Shown here: one piece after another, positions 1 to 9,233 of the stretch | Position numbering within the stretch: position 1 is the first letter of the stretch | How the letters are laid out: each line of letters starts with the position of its first letter | IMG/VR virus record: IMGVR_UViG_3300044674_004181 | Location: 1 to 32,771 of that record | Source: a virus | Taxonomy: Duplodnaviria; Caudoviricetes | DNA length: 32,771 nt | Direction: 5' to 3' (one strand) | The notes under the pieces: generated by a model | What the model saw: only the letters and a program-made list of their open reading frames with translations | Database searches by the model: none | Told to the model about the DNA's origin: nothing | Program-made: the position numbers and the translations under genes

Positions 1-2
1 CT

Positions 3-1340
3 TCTAGGAGGGGGATGCAGGGGCGGTTGTCTTCCAGCGTTCTTGGCCTGGGTTTTTCTGCAGGAATGCACTCACCTAGGCATTTTGATACTAACCCTGC
101 TCTAGGAGGAGGCAAAAGAATGATGTGGCTTGTTCCTCCGGGAGGCGGGCCCGGAAGAGCAGTGCCGGCCCCTCCCCCTAGGGTAAACAGGGCGGCAGTT
201 GCTAGAAGGCAGGCAGCCGCCGCACGCCTAGGTAGGATTCGTGGAAGAGCAGCGGGGGCCAGAGTGGCCGGAGGGGCGGGCCTGGTTGGTGCTATAGGGG
301 GTGCGGCCCTCGGGCAAGCCATCGCCCCGGATAACGAGCTTGCTCAGCTAGGTGCTATGATGGCTCTGCAGGCGGGAGCCACGGCCGCCGCGCCAAAGTT
401 AGGGGCTGTTGCAGGGGGAGCACTTGCTCGCCTTGGAATTTCTGCGGCAGGCAGCGCTACTTTAGGAACCCTGGCTTCAGGGGCTCCTATTGGATTGGGT
501 ACTTTTGGCGCGGGCGCGGGTAGCCTAGGGGCAACTGCGGCAGCCGCCGCAGGTCCAGCCGCGCTTGTTGCCGCCGCGGGAGCTGCGGGCTTTGCCCTAG
601 GTACGTTTGCGGATAGAACCCTCGGTCTTAGCGACAAGATCTCCGACGCCCTGGCGGGTATAGACAGGGATAAGATTACTTCCAAGAGGGGCCTTGTGGG
701 AGCCGGTCTTAAAAACGTAGATATATTTGGAGAAGGGGGTGGTCTAGACGTATCTGAGAAGTCAAAGAAAGCATTCTTTGATAGACTAGGAAAGCCAGCA
801 CAGCTTGCCTTTGCGCAAAGAGAGCAAGCCCTCACATCTTCAAGAACAGCTCTTGATGCCATATTTGAAAAAGAGGTAGAAAGGCAGGTACTTAATGCCA
901 GCCTTGGGGGAGAAGATGTACAAAAGATAGGAAGTGCAGGGTTTAAAAAACTAGCCCAAGAGGCTCTTGCTAAGGGCGAAGGGGCCTTTGCTTCGGATTT
1001 TAAGCAAGCTTTAGAAAAGTTTTCTACAAACGAAGCTCTATTTAAGCAAATGATGGAAAAGAATCAACTTCTTACAAACGCCCAGCAAGAGATGACCGAC
1101 GCCGTAAATAGGCAAACCGCGGCGGGAGTAGATGCAGCCAGAGCAACGAAAATCGCTGCTGATAACATATCAAATGCTAACTTTGCCGTGTATCTAGATG
1201 GAAAGGTAGTAGGGAACGCAATGAGGGATAACATGGTTCAACTGGGGGTAGAAGACGCTGTGCAGGGAGAGCCCGAAAGACAGGCTGCAGTAGGAGAAGG
1301 CTCACAACAGGTCAGGGTTAGCGGAGGGACCAGCAAATGA
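3..1340 (+). CDS. Tail tape measure protein, C-terminal part (5' truncated by the window edge)
   Basis: Frame is open from the window edge (codons from position 3; first ATG at 15). Ala/Gly-rich hydrophobic helices are followed by a C-terminal 'AVYLDGKVVG' motif typical of TMP ends. Lies directly upstream of the tube-initiator/LysM/hub genes. Confidence 0.75.
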   Translation, partial: SRRGMQGRLSSSVLGLGFSAGMHSPRHFDTNPALGGGKRMMWLVPPGGGPGRAVPAPPPRVNRAAVARRQAAAARLGRIRGRAAGARVAGGAGLVGAIGGAALGQAIAPDNELAQLGAMMALQAGATAAAPKLGAVAGGALARLGISAAGSATLGTLASGAPIGLGTFGAGAGSLGATAAAAAGPAALVAAAGAAGFALGTFADRTLGLSDKISDALAGIDRDKITSKRGLVGAGLKNVDIFGEGGGLDVSEKSKKAFFDRLGKPAQLAFAQREQALTSSRTALDAIFEKEVERQVLNASLGGEDVQKIGSAGFKKLAQEALAKGEGAFASDFKQALEKFSTNEALFKQMMEKNQLLTNAQQEMTDAVNRQTAAGVDAARATKIAADNISNANFAVYLDGKVVGNAMRDNMVQLGVEDAVQGEPERQAAVGEGSQQVRVSGGTSK

Positions 1341-2041
1341 GTAGAGATATAGCAACAACAGCCCTAAAGAAGATGTACCTAGTAAAGCTCGGGTACCCTG
1401 AGTTCATCCTAAGGGCTCAGTTTAACCCTACACAGCTTCCCGAACGTGTTTCGGCCAACTACCAAAAGCTGGCTCCTGTTGGGCTATCCCACAAGATCCA
1501 CCAGTATGTAGGCACGGAGAACCACTCAATGACTATTGACTTGTTCTTCCACTCAAATCACTATGAGACTATGCCGGACCCCGTTTTTGAGAATCTTGAT
1601 CCAACGTCTCTTCCCAGTACGTCGTCCATAGACCTAGGCAACAGGGAATTAGAGGAAATTGAGGGGCTAGGAACAGCCGTGGGCGACATAGTTATAGACG
1701 ACGACTTCGACAAGACCCGTCTACAGAGAATAGCTGCAGCTAGAAATGTTCTACTTTCTTTAGTATACCCCGAGGCAGCGAGCACTATTGTGCAGGCAGC
1801 TCCTCCTAAAGTTCTTTTTGTTTGGCCTAACATATTCTCTATGGTATGCCGGGTTATGTCAGTTGATATAAGACACGAGAGGTTTACACAGGACGGGGCT
1901 ACCCGCCAGTTTAGAGCCACAGTTGTCTTTGAAGAGTCAAGGGAAGAGCGCCTAGTACATAACGACGTTCTTAGTGATGGAACCATAAGAGCAGAAGCGA
2001 GTGTCTTGAATGGCACACTAGCCGACCTAGGACTATTCTAG
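1337..2041 (+). CDS. Tail tube initiator / contractile injection system tube-like protein
   Basis: 'AQFNPTQLPERVSANY', 'TIDLFF', 'PPKVLFVWP' and 'HERFTQDG..RQFRATVVFEE' match the CIS-tube (Afp7/Pvc7 N-terminal, P2 gpU-like) pattern. ATGA overlap with the TMP gene. Confidence 0.8.
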   Translation: MSRDIATTALKKMYLVKLGYPEFILRAQFNPTQLPERVSANYQKLAPVGLSHKIHQYVGTENHSMTIDLFFHSNHYETMPDPVFENLDPTSLPSTSSIDLGNRELEEIEGLGTAVGDIVIDDDFDKTRLQRIAAARNVLLSLVYPEAASTIVQAAPPKVLFVWPNIFSMVCRVMSVDIRHERFTQDGATRQFRATVVFEESREERLVHNDVLSDGTIRAEASVLNGTLADLGLF

Positions 2042-2042
2042 T

Positions 2043-2384
2043 ATGCCATTATTTGAAAAAAGCAGGTATTGGAATAGCACGAGAGGGCTCTCTACAGACG
2101 GAGAGATAATCCTTACGGAAAGAATACCCTACTTTTTTAAAAGATTTCCAGATAACATAGAGCACAAAGTAATAAGCGGGGACACCTTTGAGTCAATAGC
2201 CTATTACTACTATAACGGCACAATGGCCTTTGACAGGTCCGCGGCGGAGCTTTTTTGGGTTATAGCAGACTTCCAGCCGGTGGCTGTTCACGACGTGACC
2301 GTAGCCCTTGAGCCGGGAACCGTCGTGTACGTTCCATCGCTAAGAGTGTTGGAGCAAGAGATTCTTGCTGAGAGGAGGCAGTAG
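2043..2384 (+). CDS. LysM-domain baseplate protein (tail protein X / gp53-like)
   Basis: 'HKVISGDTFESIAYYYY...LFWVIADF...LEPGTVVYVPS' is a LysM consensus. Canonical position between tube initiator and hub. Confidence 0.85.
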   Translation: MPLFEKSRYWNSTRGLSTDGEIILTERIPYFFKRFPDNIEHKVISGDTFESIAYYYYNGTMAFDRSAAELFWVIADFQPVAVHDVTVALEPGTVVYVPSLRVLEQEILAERRQ

Positions 2385-4102
2385 TGCCTGAGAGCGTTTC
2401 CATCCCTACTTATAGAAAAAGAAATTCTATAAACCTTTTTATAAGGGTGAGAGAAGGAAAAAACTACTTTGACGTAGACCTTAGCAAACGCCTGATAAAC
2501 ATGGTATACACTGACTCCGAGAAGAAGTTTGATGACATTGTTCTAACAGTAGACAACTTTGACTTGTACTTTTTTGATAACCCTGTTTTTAGACCAGGAA
2601 ACATTATAGAAGCAACCTGGGGCTATCCTGGGAACATGTCGCCTACGCGTAGGCTCTGCATTCATACTATGTCCGGTAATACTCAGATAAGGGTAGAGGC
2701 CAAGGGAGGGGCTACTCTTATGGCAGAAAAGGTCAGAACAGACGTGTATGAAAACTGCGCCCCAGAAGAGGTAGCACGTATCATATCCGCAAGAAATGGG
2801 TATGGGCCAGACATACGGTTTATTGAGGAGAGCTTTGTGGAGCCAAGAACCTACCACCAGGCAGGGCGTACGGATGCTCAAATGCTAAAGATGGTAGCAC
2901 GTAGAATTGGCTTTGAATTTTATATCGACTTTGACGGGTTCCACTTTCATAAAAGAAAGATGAACCAGGACCCTATTAGAGAGATTACTTACTACACTGA
3001 TAGAAGCGGACATATTCTATCCTTTAACATTGATGAGAATATATTTGGGAAGAAAAGGGCTGTTAGGGTAAAGGGAAAAGATCCAGAAACAAAAAAGCCC
3101 TTCAACGTTATAGCTTCAGTAAGCACCTCTGACAAGTACTACACCGATGGGTACTCTTCCCGCTACGGGTCTGCTATAGATCCTGAGGATAGGCTTTTAT
3201 CAATTGATGAGTCCCAAGTATTTATCCCAGAGGAAGACCCTACTGCTGCTCCTGGAGACTACACAGTAGTCGAGGACGGAGGTCTTTCTTTATACCCAGA
3301 AAGCAGTGGTATATCTTCAGATAGGTTTATAAGCTTTCCCATTACTAAGGAGGGAGGCACGGATTACTATCTTATAGATAGCGCTGGTGACATAGCTGCC
3401 CAGCAGGAAGAGATACAGCAGATAAAAGCGGATGATAGAGTAGAAGTTTTAAATGCTGATGTAAAAGAAAAAGAGGCTAAAGCTTTAGCTAACGCTAGGT
3501 TTAGAGGCTACGTAGAAACAACTGTAAAAATGGACATGACTGTTGTTGGAGACCCCGGATATCTTGCCAAGACTACTATTTTAGTTTCTGGTATGGGAAA
3601 AAGGCTTTCTGGTAAATACTACATAAAAGAGGTAGTCCATAATCTAGGAACGGCTGGTGGTTATACTTGTGCTTTGAAACTAGAGGCGGACGGAGACAGC
3701 GGGTGGAAAAAGTCTGGCTTTGATCAGATAACAGGAAATAAGCAGAACCGAAGGGGCAGGGTGAGCCAAAAGCTAAAGAAGAAGAAGACCTTAGCAAGCT
3801 CGCTTTTTGACACCGCCCTGACCTTGAGCGGAGCCGACACCATAGCTACGTCTATTGAGTTAGGCAAAAAAGGCGTACAAGCAATAAATAAAAAGATTGA
3901 AGATCTTAGAGCTTCTTCTAAAGAGATGAAAAAGCAAGGATTTCTTGAAAAGTCTGTTCAGCTCTTTGATGAGGCGGCAGCCCTACAGGAGCAGGCTAAC
4001 GCTCTTGTGAATGGAGCGGCCTCCACAGCCGATCAGCTTTTGCCTAACCTTACGGAAGACAATCTAAGTAATCCTAATACCCCTGACGCGGTAGAGCAAT
4101 AG
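2384..4102 (+). CDS. Baseplate hub protein (late control gene D / gp27-like) with internal insertion and C-terminal extension
   Basis: 'YHQAGRTDAQMLKMVARRIGFEFYID' and 'VVGDP...SGMGKRLSGKYYIKEVVHNL...GYTC' are gpD-family motifs. GTG start overlaps the upstream TAG. Confidence 0.85.
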   Translation: MPESVSIPTYRKRNSINLFIRVREGKNYFDVDLSKRLINMVYTDSEKKFDDIVLTVDNFDLYFFDNPVFRPGNIIEATWGYPGNMSPTRRLCIHTMSGNTQIRVEAKGGATLMAEKVRTDVYENCAPEEVARIISARNGYGPDIRFIEESFVEPRTYHQAGRTDAQMLKMVARRIGFEFYIDFDGFHFHKRKMNQDPIREITYYTDRSGHILSFNIDENIFGKKRAVRVKGKDPETKKPFNVIASVSTSDKYYTDGYSSRYGSAIDPEDRLLSIDESQVFIPEEDPTAAPGDYTVVEDGGLSLYPESSGISSDRFISFPITKEGGTDYYLIDSAGDIAAQQEEIQQIKADDRVEVLNADVKEKEAKALANARFRGYVETTVKMDMTVVGDPGYLAKTTILVSGMGKRLSGKYYIKEVVHNLGTAGGYTCALKLEADGDSGWKKSGFDQITGNKQNRRGRVSQKLKKKKTLASSLFDTALTLSGADTIATSIELGKKGVQAINKKIEDLRASSKEMKKQGFLEKSVQLFDEAAALQEQANALVNGAASTADQLLPNLTEDNLSNPNTPDAVEQ

Positions 4103-4127
4103 CAAGTAATATTCCTAATAAAGTACA

Positions 4128-4727
4128 ATGTTCTTAAAGACAGCAACAGTGGTATCTAACAAAGACCCTTCCGGGTTAGGAAGGGTCCAGTTCGTGATAC
4201 CTGGGTTTATTGAACCGAGGTCTGCGTGGGCTCTTCCTATGGGAACTATGGGAGGAGGGTCGTACCAGAGGGGAGCCTTCTTCGTCCCAGAAGAAGGAGC
4301 AGACATACTTGTTGCTTTTATTGATGACGACGACAGTCGCCCCGTGTACTGGTCAGGGCACTGGGGGATTGCGGATAGGTCAGTAATTGGGGGCACCGCG
4401 AACGACAATGAGGTACCAACCCGCGTCGCGGATGTTGACACGGATGAAAGAGCTAAAGTAAAAGCAATAGAGACCGAGAAGTTTACTATCTACATAGATG
4501 ACAGAGCGGGCTCCATTGACGATAGAGAGTCCGGTAAAGAGCGTCTACTTATTGAGTACAAAGACGATCCAGAAGTTAGGATCGAACTAGATGGTATTAA
4601 TAAAGCTATTGGTATTAGTGCTAGTTCTGGAGTTGAGATTACCTCAAGTGGCCTAGTCTCTATTAGTGGGTCACAGGTTCAAATACAGGGTCGTGTAGTA
4701 AACCAAGTGACTTCCAAGGAAATATAG
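4128..4727 (+). CDS. Baseplate spike protein (gpV / gp5 OB-fold)
   Basis: 'ATVVSNKDPSGLGRVQFVIP..SAWA.P..G.FFVPEEGADILVAFIDDD..RPVY' is the gp5/gpV OB-fold signature, followed by beta-strand repeats. Confidence 0.9.
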   Translation: MFLKTATVVSNKDPSGLGRVQFVIPGFIEPRSAWALPMGTMGGGSYQRGAFFVPEEGADILVAFIDDDDSRPVYWSGHWGIADRSVIGGTANDNEVPTRVADVDTDERAKVKAIETEKFTIYIDDRAGSIDDRESGKERLLIEYKDDPEVRIELDGINKAIGISASSGVEITSSGLVSISGSQVQIQGRVVNQVTSKEI

Positions 4728-4728
4728 A

Positions 4729-5619
4729 ATGCCAGTTATATCAGATGTTCTATGCACAAGAGTTACCCTAGTTGGAAGGGATCTCTGCGTAACATTTCCA
4801 GTGGGGCAGCAGTTGTGCGCAACCCTTCCTCAGATAACAAACCCAGATCTTATCGAAGTAGTAAACGCTCTTTTTGGTCAGCTAAATGCAGCGCTTGCTC
4901 CCATATCGCCAATACTAGACATAATAGATGTAGTTTTTGCTATTGTGGACTGTGTACAGGCCGCCGTGGACGCCATTACACAGCTTAGCCCCGCTCCTCT
5001 TCTTAGCTGTATTAAGGGGTTAGTGCAAGCAGTAAATAAGATTCTTGCTTTCCTTCCCTTTCTTTGGGTCCCTATATTGGTACGAGATGTCCTATTTCTT
5101 TTGATAGAATATGTAAATGCCGTTATATCTCTTTGGTTAAACATTAAGGCCAGGTTAACCGCCTTTGCCTTGGCTAGGTTAAAAGGAAATCAGCCAGGAC
5201 AGTTTGCCCTAAGTGCCGTGCTGGACTGCGCCGAGGAAAACCTCGCGGTTGAAGTACAAAATCTTAATGAAAGCACGGCTGTTGTTGACAGAATTCTTGG
5301 AATGGTAAACCGGCTCCTTTGCCTGATAGGTCTCCCTCAGCTTCCTCAGTTGGCCCAAGAGGGCCTAGACAAACTCTTTGACGCTATTGATGGAGAGTTT
5401 GTTGATTCTGTACTTATTACCCTGCAAACCATAAAAGACTTCCTTTTCTCAATACTACAGTTTATTCCAATACTAGCTCCACTAGCACCTGCACAGTCCC
5501 CTCAGTGTAAGTCCTTCCAGGAAACTCTAGATCAGCTAAAAAATCTACCAAGCAGCGAGGAAGCCTCCAAAAAAGCACTAAATAACTTCCTTACGTCTGT
5601 GGGCTTAGACGGGATATAA
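4729..5619 (+). CDS. Hypothetical alpha-helical, hydrophobic baseplate-region protein (296 aa)
   Basis: Long ORF 1 nt after the gpV stop. Amphipathic/hydrophobic helices with several Cys. No family recognised with certainty. Confidence 0.7.
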   Translation: MPVISDVLCTRVTLVGRDLCVTFPVGQQLCATLPQITNPDLIEVVNALFGQLNAALAPISPILDIIDVVFAIVDCVQAAVDAITQLSPAPLLSCIKGLVQAVNKILAFLPFLWVPILVRDVLFLLIEYVNAVISLWLNIKARLTAFALARLKGNQPGQFALSAVLDCAEENLAVEVQNLNESTAVVDRILGMVNRLLCLIGLPQLPQLAQEGLDKLFDAIDGEFVDSVLITLQTIKDFLFSILQFIPILAPLAPAQSPQCKSFQETLDQLKNLPSSEEASKKALNNFLTSVGLDGI

Positions 5620-5631
5620 TAAATACAACAA

Positions 5632-5675
5632 TTTACAATTATATTATAATATAATAGACTTATATACTATTAGGA
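5632..5675 (+). promoter_or_regulatory. Putative sigma70-type promoter and RBS in an AT-rich spacer
   Basis: TTTACA (5632-5637), a 17 nt spacer, then TAGACT (5655-5660). Additional TATAAT (5645, 5650) and TATACT (5663) boxes. AGGA at 5672-5675 before the ATG at 5685. This is the largest intergenic gap in the tail operon. Confidence 0.5.
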
Positions 5676-5684
5676 ATTCTATAA

Positions 5685-6710
5685 ATGGCACTGACACTCT
5701 ACAAAGAAATCAACGCCACCGGGAACTCGACCGGCGGCTTCCTGAACTTCATTCGATGGCTCACTGGCGAGTCGCGTGGATCACTTGCGGGCGGACCCAC
5801 GACGGGACCGGCAGGCATCACCGTCGTCGAAGTGTACGACGGGAGCAGCGACACGGGCGCGCCCATCCGTGAGGTGAGCACCGATGGCACACTCGACGGA
5901 CTGAACGCCCTGAACCGTTGGAGGACTGGCGCCGCAGACATCACGAGCGGGTGGATTATCATCGACGTTCCCGGCACCGGCCTCAACGGGAACACCGGCT
6001 TCCAGTTTTGTTACCAGTTCACCACCTCGCTAGGGCGCGGCACCGATGCTTTCGCCCTCATCCCGAATCGCGACTGGGTGACGGGTGGACTACCGGGGAC
6101 GTGGACCGACAAGGCAACCTTCATCGCGAAGGGAGCCATTACGAGCGGGGTCGCCACGACGCCGGCAGATGTGCAGTCGAACTCATGGACCGCGACCGAC
6201 ACATGGTTCGCATGGTGCGATGAAGGTGTGGTCTGCTTCGCTCGCGATGAGAACCCGACCGCGGAGGTCATGGTCTGGTACGTGGGCGAGGTTGACGGTG
6301 GCGACGCGGCAGACACAAAGCCGTTCGTGATCACTTCCGATACGCTCATGGAGCCCGAGATTTATGAGACCGACAACAACTTCCGCCGCATCTCGCCCAT
6401 CGACGGCACGACAGAACTCAGCGGCGCGGAGAACTGGGGGTTCGATCACTTCGACGCATCGAACGCATGGTCCACCGGCCAGACGCAGTTCATCGACTAC
6501 GGCCCTGGATGGCCGCGCTCAGATCAGTGGGTCGCATTCGATGATGTGAACCACGCGCACTTCGCCGGCAAACTCCGATACCTTCAACGCACGATGGCCG
6601 ATGCAGCGCTTCGCGGAACAAGCGACACGCTGACCCGTTGGCTTTGCAGTGTTGGCGGAACGACGCACTGCATCAGCCTACCGTGGGACGGGGCGACCGC
6701 GTACCCTTGA
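5685..6710 (+). CDS. GC-rich hypothetical protein (341 aa), probable virion/tail-associated beta-protein, horizontally acquired
   Basis: Clear ORF rich in Trp/Gly/Thr/Asp. GC content and C/G-ending codon usage differ sharply from the flanks. Confidence 0.75.
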   Translation: MALTLYKEINATGNSTGGFLNFIRWLTGESRGSLAGGPTTGPAGITVVEVYDGSSDTGAPIREVSTDGTLDGLNALNRWRTGAADITSGWIIIDVPGTGLNGNTGFQFCYQFTTSLGRGTDAFALIPNRDWVTGGLPGTWTDKATFIAKGAITSGVATTPADVQSNSWTATDTWFAWCDEGVVCFARDENPTAEVMVWYVGEVDGGDAADTKPFVITSDTLMEPEIYETDNNFRRISPIDGTTELSGAENWGFDHFDASNAWSTGQTQFIDYGPGWPRSDQWVAFDDVNHAHFAGKLRYLQRTMADAALRGTSDTLTRWLCSVGGTTHCISLPWDGATAYP

Positions 6711-6718
6711 GGTGAAGC

Positions 6719-7174
6719 ATGGCTGAGATCACTCCACCTGAAACCGCCCTCTTCACTGGCGTCATTGGCGACCCCATCGCGGGGCTGGCGGTTGACGACA
6801 AAGGGACAACAAAGCTATTCCCAGAAGCGTGCCCCCCTACTCCTCCGGACCCACCTCCACCAGATGTAACAAATCCCGTAGTTGGTAACTTTGTGCCTGA
6901 GAATGGGTCTACGCTACTGCCTGCACAATCTATAAGCTTTACTGTTACAGATAACAGCAGTCAGTTGAGAAAGATATTTGTCTGTGCTATATTTTCAGGG
7001 GGAGGGGTAGACACAGTTTACGACGGGGATAGATTCTCGCCTAGATATATAGCTACGTCTACAAAAACAGATGTGACAGACGGGTTTAGCTTTTCTGTAA
7101 GACCTCTCCTTGGGTGGCCCAGCAGTCCAACTATACGTGTGTACGCCTTAGACTATGCAGGAAACGAAAATTAA
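6719..7174 (+). CDS. Ig-like domain protein with Pro-rich linker
   Basis: GAGGTG RBS. 'PPTPPDPPPPDVTNPVV...SISFTVTD...TIRVYALDYAGNE' follows the bacterial Ig-like (D.T.P ... A.D.AGN) pattern. Confidence 0.7.
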   Translation: MAEITPPETALFTGVIGDPIAGLAVDDKGTTKLFPEACPPTPPDPPPPDVTNPVVGNFVPENGSTLLPAQSISFTVTDNSSQLRKIFVCAIFSGGGVDTVYDGDRFSPRYIATSTKTDVTDGFSFSVRPLLGWPSSPTIRVYALDYAGNEN

Positions 7175-7686
7175 TGCCAACTAACTCCACATACGACCTA
7201 GAGGGACTTACTAGTTCTGAGAACGGGGATTTCTACAGCATTGCCCCAGGAGCAGCCGTTACTGGCTTCGGTATCTTACGGCCCTTCTCTCGTGATGATT
7301 TAGGAGATTTTCTAAACGGTGGAGCTGAGAACTTAGTAAGGTCTGCTGTGGGTCAGGTTCTGGGCACACGGGCAGCAGCAGGGCAGCGCATGGGTGAGCT
7401 TAGGTGGCGTCCTGAGTTTGGCTCTCAACTGTACCGGCTTAGGCATTCTAATGCTAACAATATTCTAAAAGAGATAGCACAGTACTATGTTGTTGAGGCT
7501 CTCTCTAGGTGGGAGCCGCGTATCAAGGTAACAGGCTTTAACCTAACAATTAATAATGATAAAACTTATGGTACTTCTCTAGTAGTAAAAATGAGGTATA
7601 CCATAGTGGCGGGAGGGCGAGCCTCATCCCTTGGCATAAACCCCACTTCTGGAAATGAGACAGAAATAATTGAGGAGATCCGCTAA
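7174..7686 (+). CDS. Baseplate wedge subunit gp25/GPW
   Basis: 'VRSAVGQVLGT...GELRWRPEFGSQL...EALSRWEPRIKV' is the gp25 signature. Start reassigned to the ATG at 7174 (TAATG coupling). Confidence 0.9.
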   Translation: MPTNSTYDLEGLTSSENGDFYSIAPGAAVTGFGILRPFSRDDLGDFLNGGAENLVRSAVGQVLGTRAAAGQRMGELRWRPEFGSQLYRLRHSNANNILKEIAQYYVVEALSRWEPRIKVTGFNLTINNDKTYGTSLVVKMRYTIVAGGRASSLGINPTSGNETEIIEEIR

Positions 7687-9233
7687 TGCCTAGCTTTCCA
7701 GAGAATAACGTAGATTATACTGCTAAAGACTTTTCTTCCATGTTGGACAGGCTACAGTCCACCATAGATACAGTGTTTCCTAAATGGACAGATAAAAGTC
7801 GAGCTAACTTTGGTAATATTCTTCTGGAGAGTTTTGCTTTTGTGCTGGACCACCTAACGTACTACCAAGACTCCTACGCCAGGGAGTCACGCTGGAGTAC
7901 AGCTAGATCTCGTAGGAATCTAATATCTTTGGCTAAGCTAGTAGGGTTTGAGCCTAAGTCAGCGGCGGCTGCCAGCACCGACCTTGAGATAACCTTCACA
8001 CGTCCCAGCGCTGCTCCCGCGGGTGGAGTAACAGTTACCGTGCTGGAGGGAGATACCTTTAGAAACTTGTCTAAAATAGATACTGTTGTTTTTCAAGCAA
8101 CAGGAGAGGTATCTGGTACTATTCTAGAAGGCGAGACAACTTTAGTACTAACTGTTCCAGTAAAAAATAGTACTAAAGTTACAAATAGCTTTGAGTCAAC
8201 GGACCAAGCAGATCAGATCTTTTTCTTGTCTTCTTCCCCTGTGATTGATGGGACCGTGTCCCTTAGCGCTGCCCCCTACGGCCTCTTTACAGAAGTAGAC
8301 AACTTCTTAAACTCCTCATCGAGCGACGCTCACTTCACTGTAGCCTACAATGACGTAGACAAGGCCGTGGTAGCTACAGGTTCTGGTGTAAACGGTGGAA
8401 TTCCGTCAGGAACGGTAAGTATATCTTATGAGATCGGGGGCGGGGCCAGAGGTAACCTTATCCCTGGTACAATTGTGTCTGTTGACAAATCGTACCAAGA
8501 CTCCATAGGATCCCCCCTATCCATTGTCTGTACAAACCCTCAAGCAGCTTCAGGAGGCTCCGATAGGGAAACCAACGCTTCGATCAGAGCGCGTGCCCCC
8601 GAGACCGTTCGCGTTCAGCAGAGGTCAGTGTCCCGTGAAGACTACCGGATTGTCGCAGAGGCCGTAGACGGGGTCGCACGTGCCCTTATGTTTACTTCTA
8701 ACGAGGATGTCGCTGTTCAGGAAAATACAGGAGAGCTTGTTGTAGTTCCCTTTGGGGGAGGACAGCCCTCTTCCGTACTACTAACAGAGGTAAAAAACCA
8801 GTTTGTGGGTCAAGACGCGCCCTTTCCCCGGACTCTTACCTTTTCTTTAGAGACCTACGGGCCTGACTACTTCGAGATTGATGTGAGGGCCGTTATCTTT
8901 ATTGCTAATGGAGAGGTTCCTGCTACAGTTGCCTCCACAGTGCGTAGTAACCTACAACAATACTTTGCTATAACCACCACCACGGGTGAGCAAAACCCCA
9001 CAGTTTTGTTTGGTGCTCAGTACTTAGACGTTAATGGGGAAAGCACTAATCAACTAGCTAAGTCTGACATATTTAACGTTGTAAGAGACACAATCGGCGT
9101 CAGAAAAATAGGAGACACGCCTTCTAGCTTTCTTTTAAACAACGCGGGCAGTGATGTAACCCTTGGACCCCGTCAGTTTCCTACTCTAGGTGACGTGGTT
9201 CTAATTGACGGGGACACGGGGGACACCCTGTAA
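7686..9233 (+). CDS. Baseplate J / gp6-like wedge protein
   Basis: 'DYTAKDF...WTD...NFG.ILLE.FA', 'NP.AASGGSDRET..SIRARAP' and 'RSVSREDY...VDGVARA'. TAATG coupling. Confidence 0.92.
   Translation: MPSFPENNVDYTAKDFSSMLDRLQSTIDTVFPKWTDKSRANFGNILLESFAFVLDHLTYYQDSYARESRWSTARSRRNLISLAKLVGFEPKSAAAASTDLEITFTRPSAAPAGGVTVTVLEGDTFRNLSKIDTVVFQATGEVSGTILEGETTLVLTVPVKNSTKVTNSFESTDQADQIFFLSSSPVIDGTVSLSAAPYGLFTEVDNFLNSSSSDAHFTVAYNDVDKAVVATGSGVNGGIPSGTVSISYEIGGGARGNLIPGTIVSVDKSYQDSIGSPLSIVCTNPQAASGGSDRETNASIRARAPETVRVQQRSVSREDYRIVAEAVDGVARALMFTSNEDVAVQENTGELVVVPFGGGQPSSVLLTEVKNQFVGQDAPFPRTLTFSLETYGPDYFEIDVRAVIFIANGEVPATVASTVRSNLQQYFAITTTTGEQNPTVLFGAQYLDVNGESTNQLAKSDIFNVVRDTIGVRKIGDTPSSFLLNNAGSDVTLGPRQFPTLGDVVLIDGDTGDTL

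Noticed and set aside
344-862. 172-aa minus-strand ORF, and similar antisense ORFs at 1561-2016, 14421-14831 and 16264-17049
   Set aside because: Shadow frames of well-supported + strand tail genes; low-complexity translations with no motifs or RBS.
5699-6549. Many overlapping ORFs on both strands within the GC-rich insert
   Set aside because: Expected from stop-codon scarcity at high GC. Only 5685-6710 has an RBS and fits the operon.
1337-9233. Extracellular contractile injection system (eCIS/tailocin) interpretation
   Set aside because: The tube, LysM, hub, gp25 and J genes are shared with eCIS, but linkage to a tape measure, holin, nrdAB, gp46/47 and phoH in phage-style packing indicates a genuine phage.
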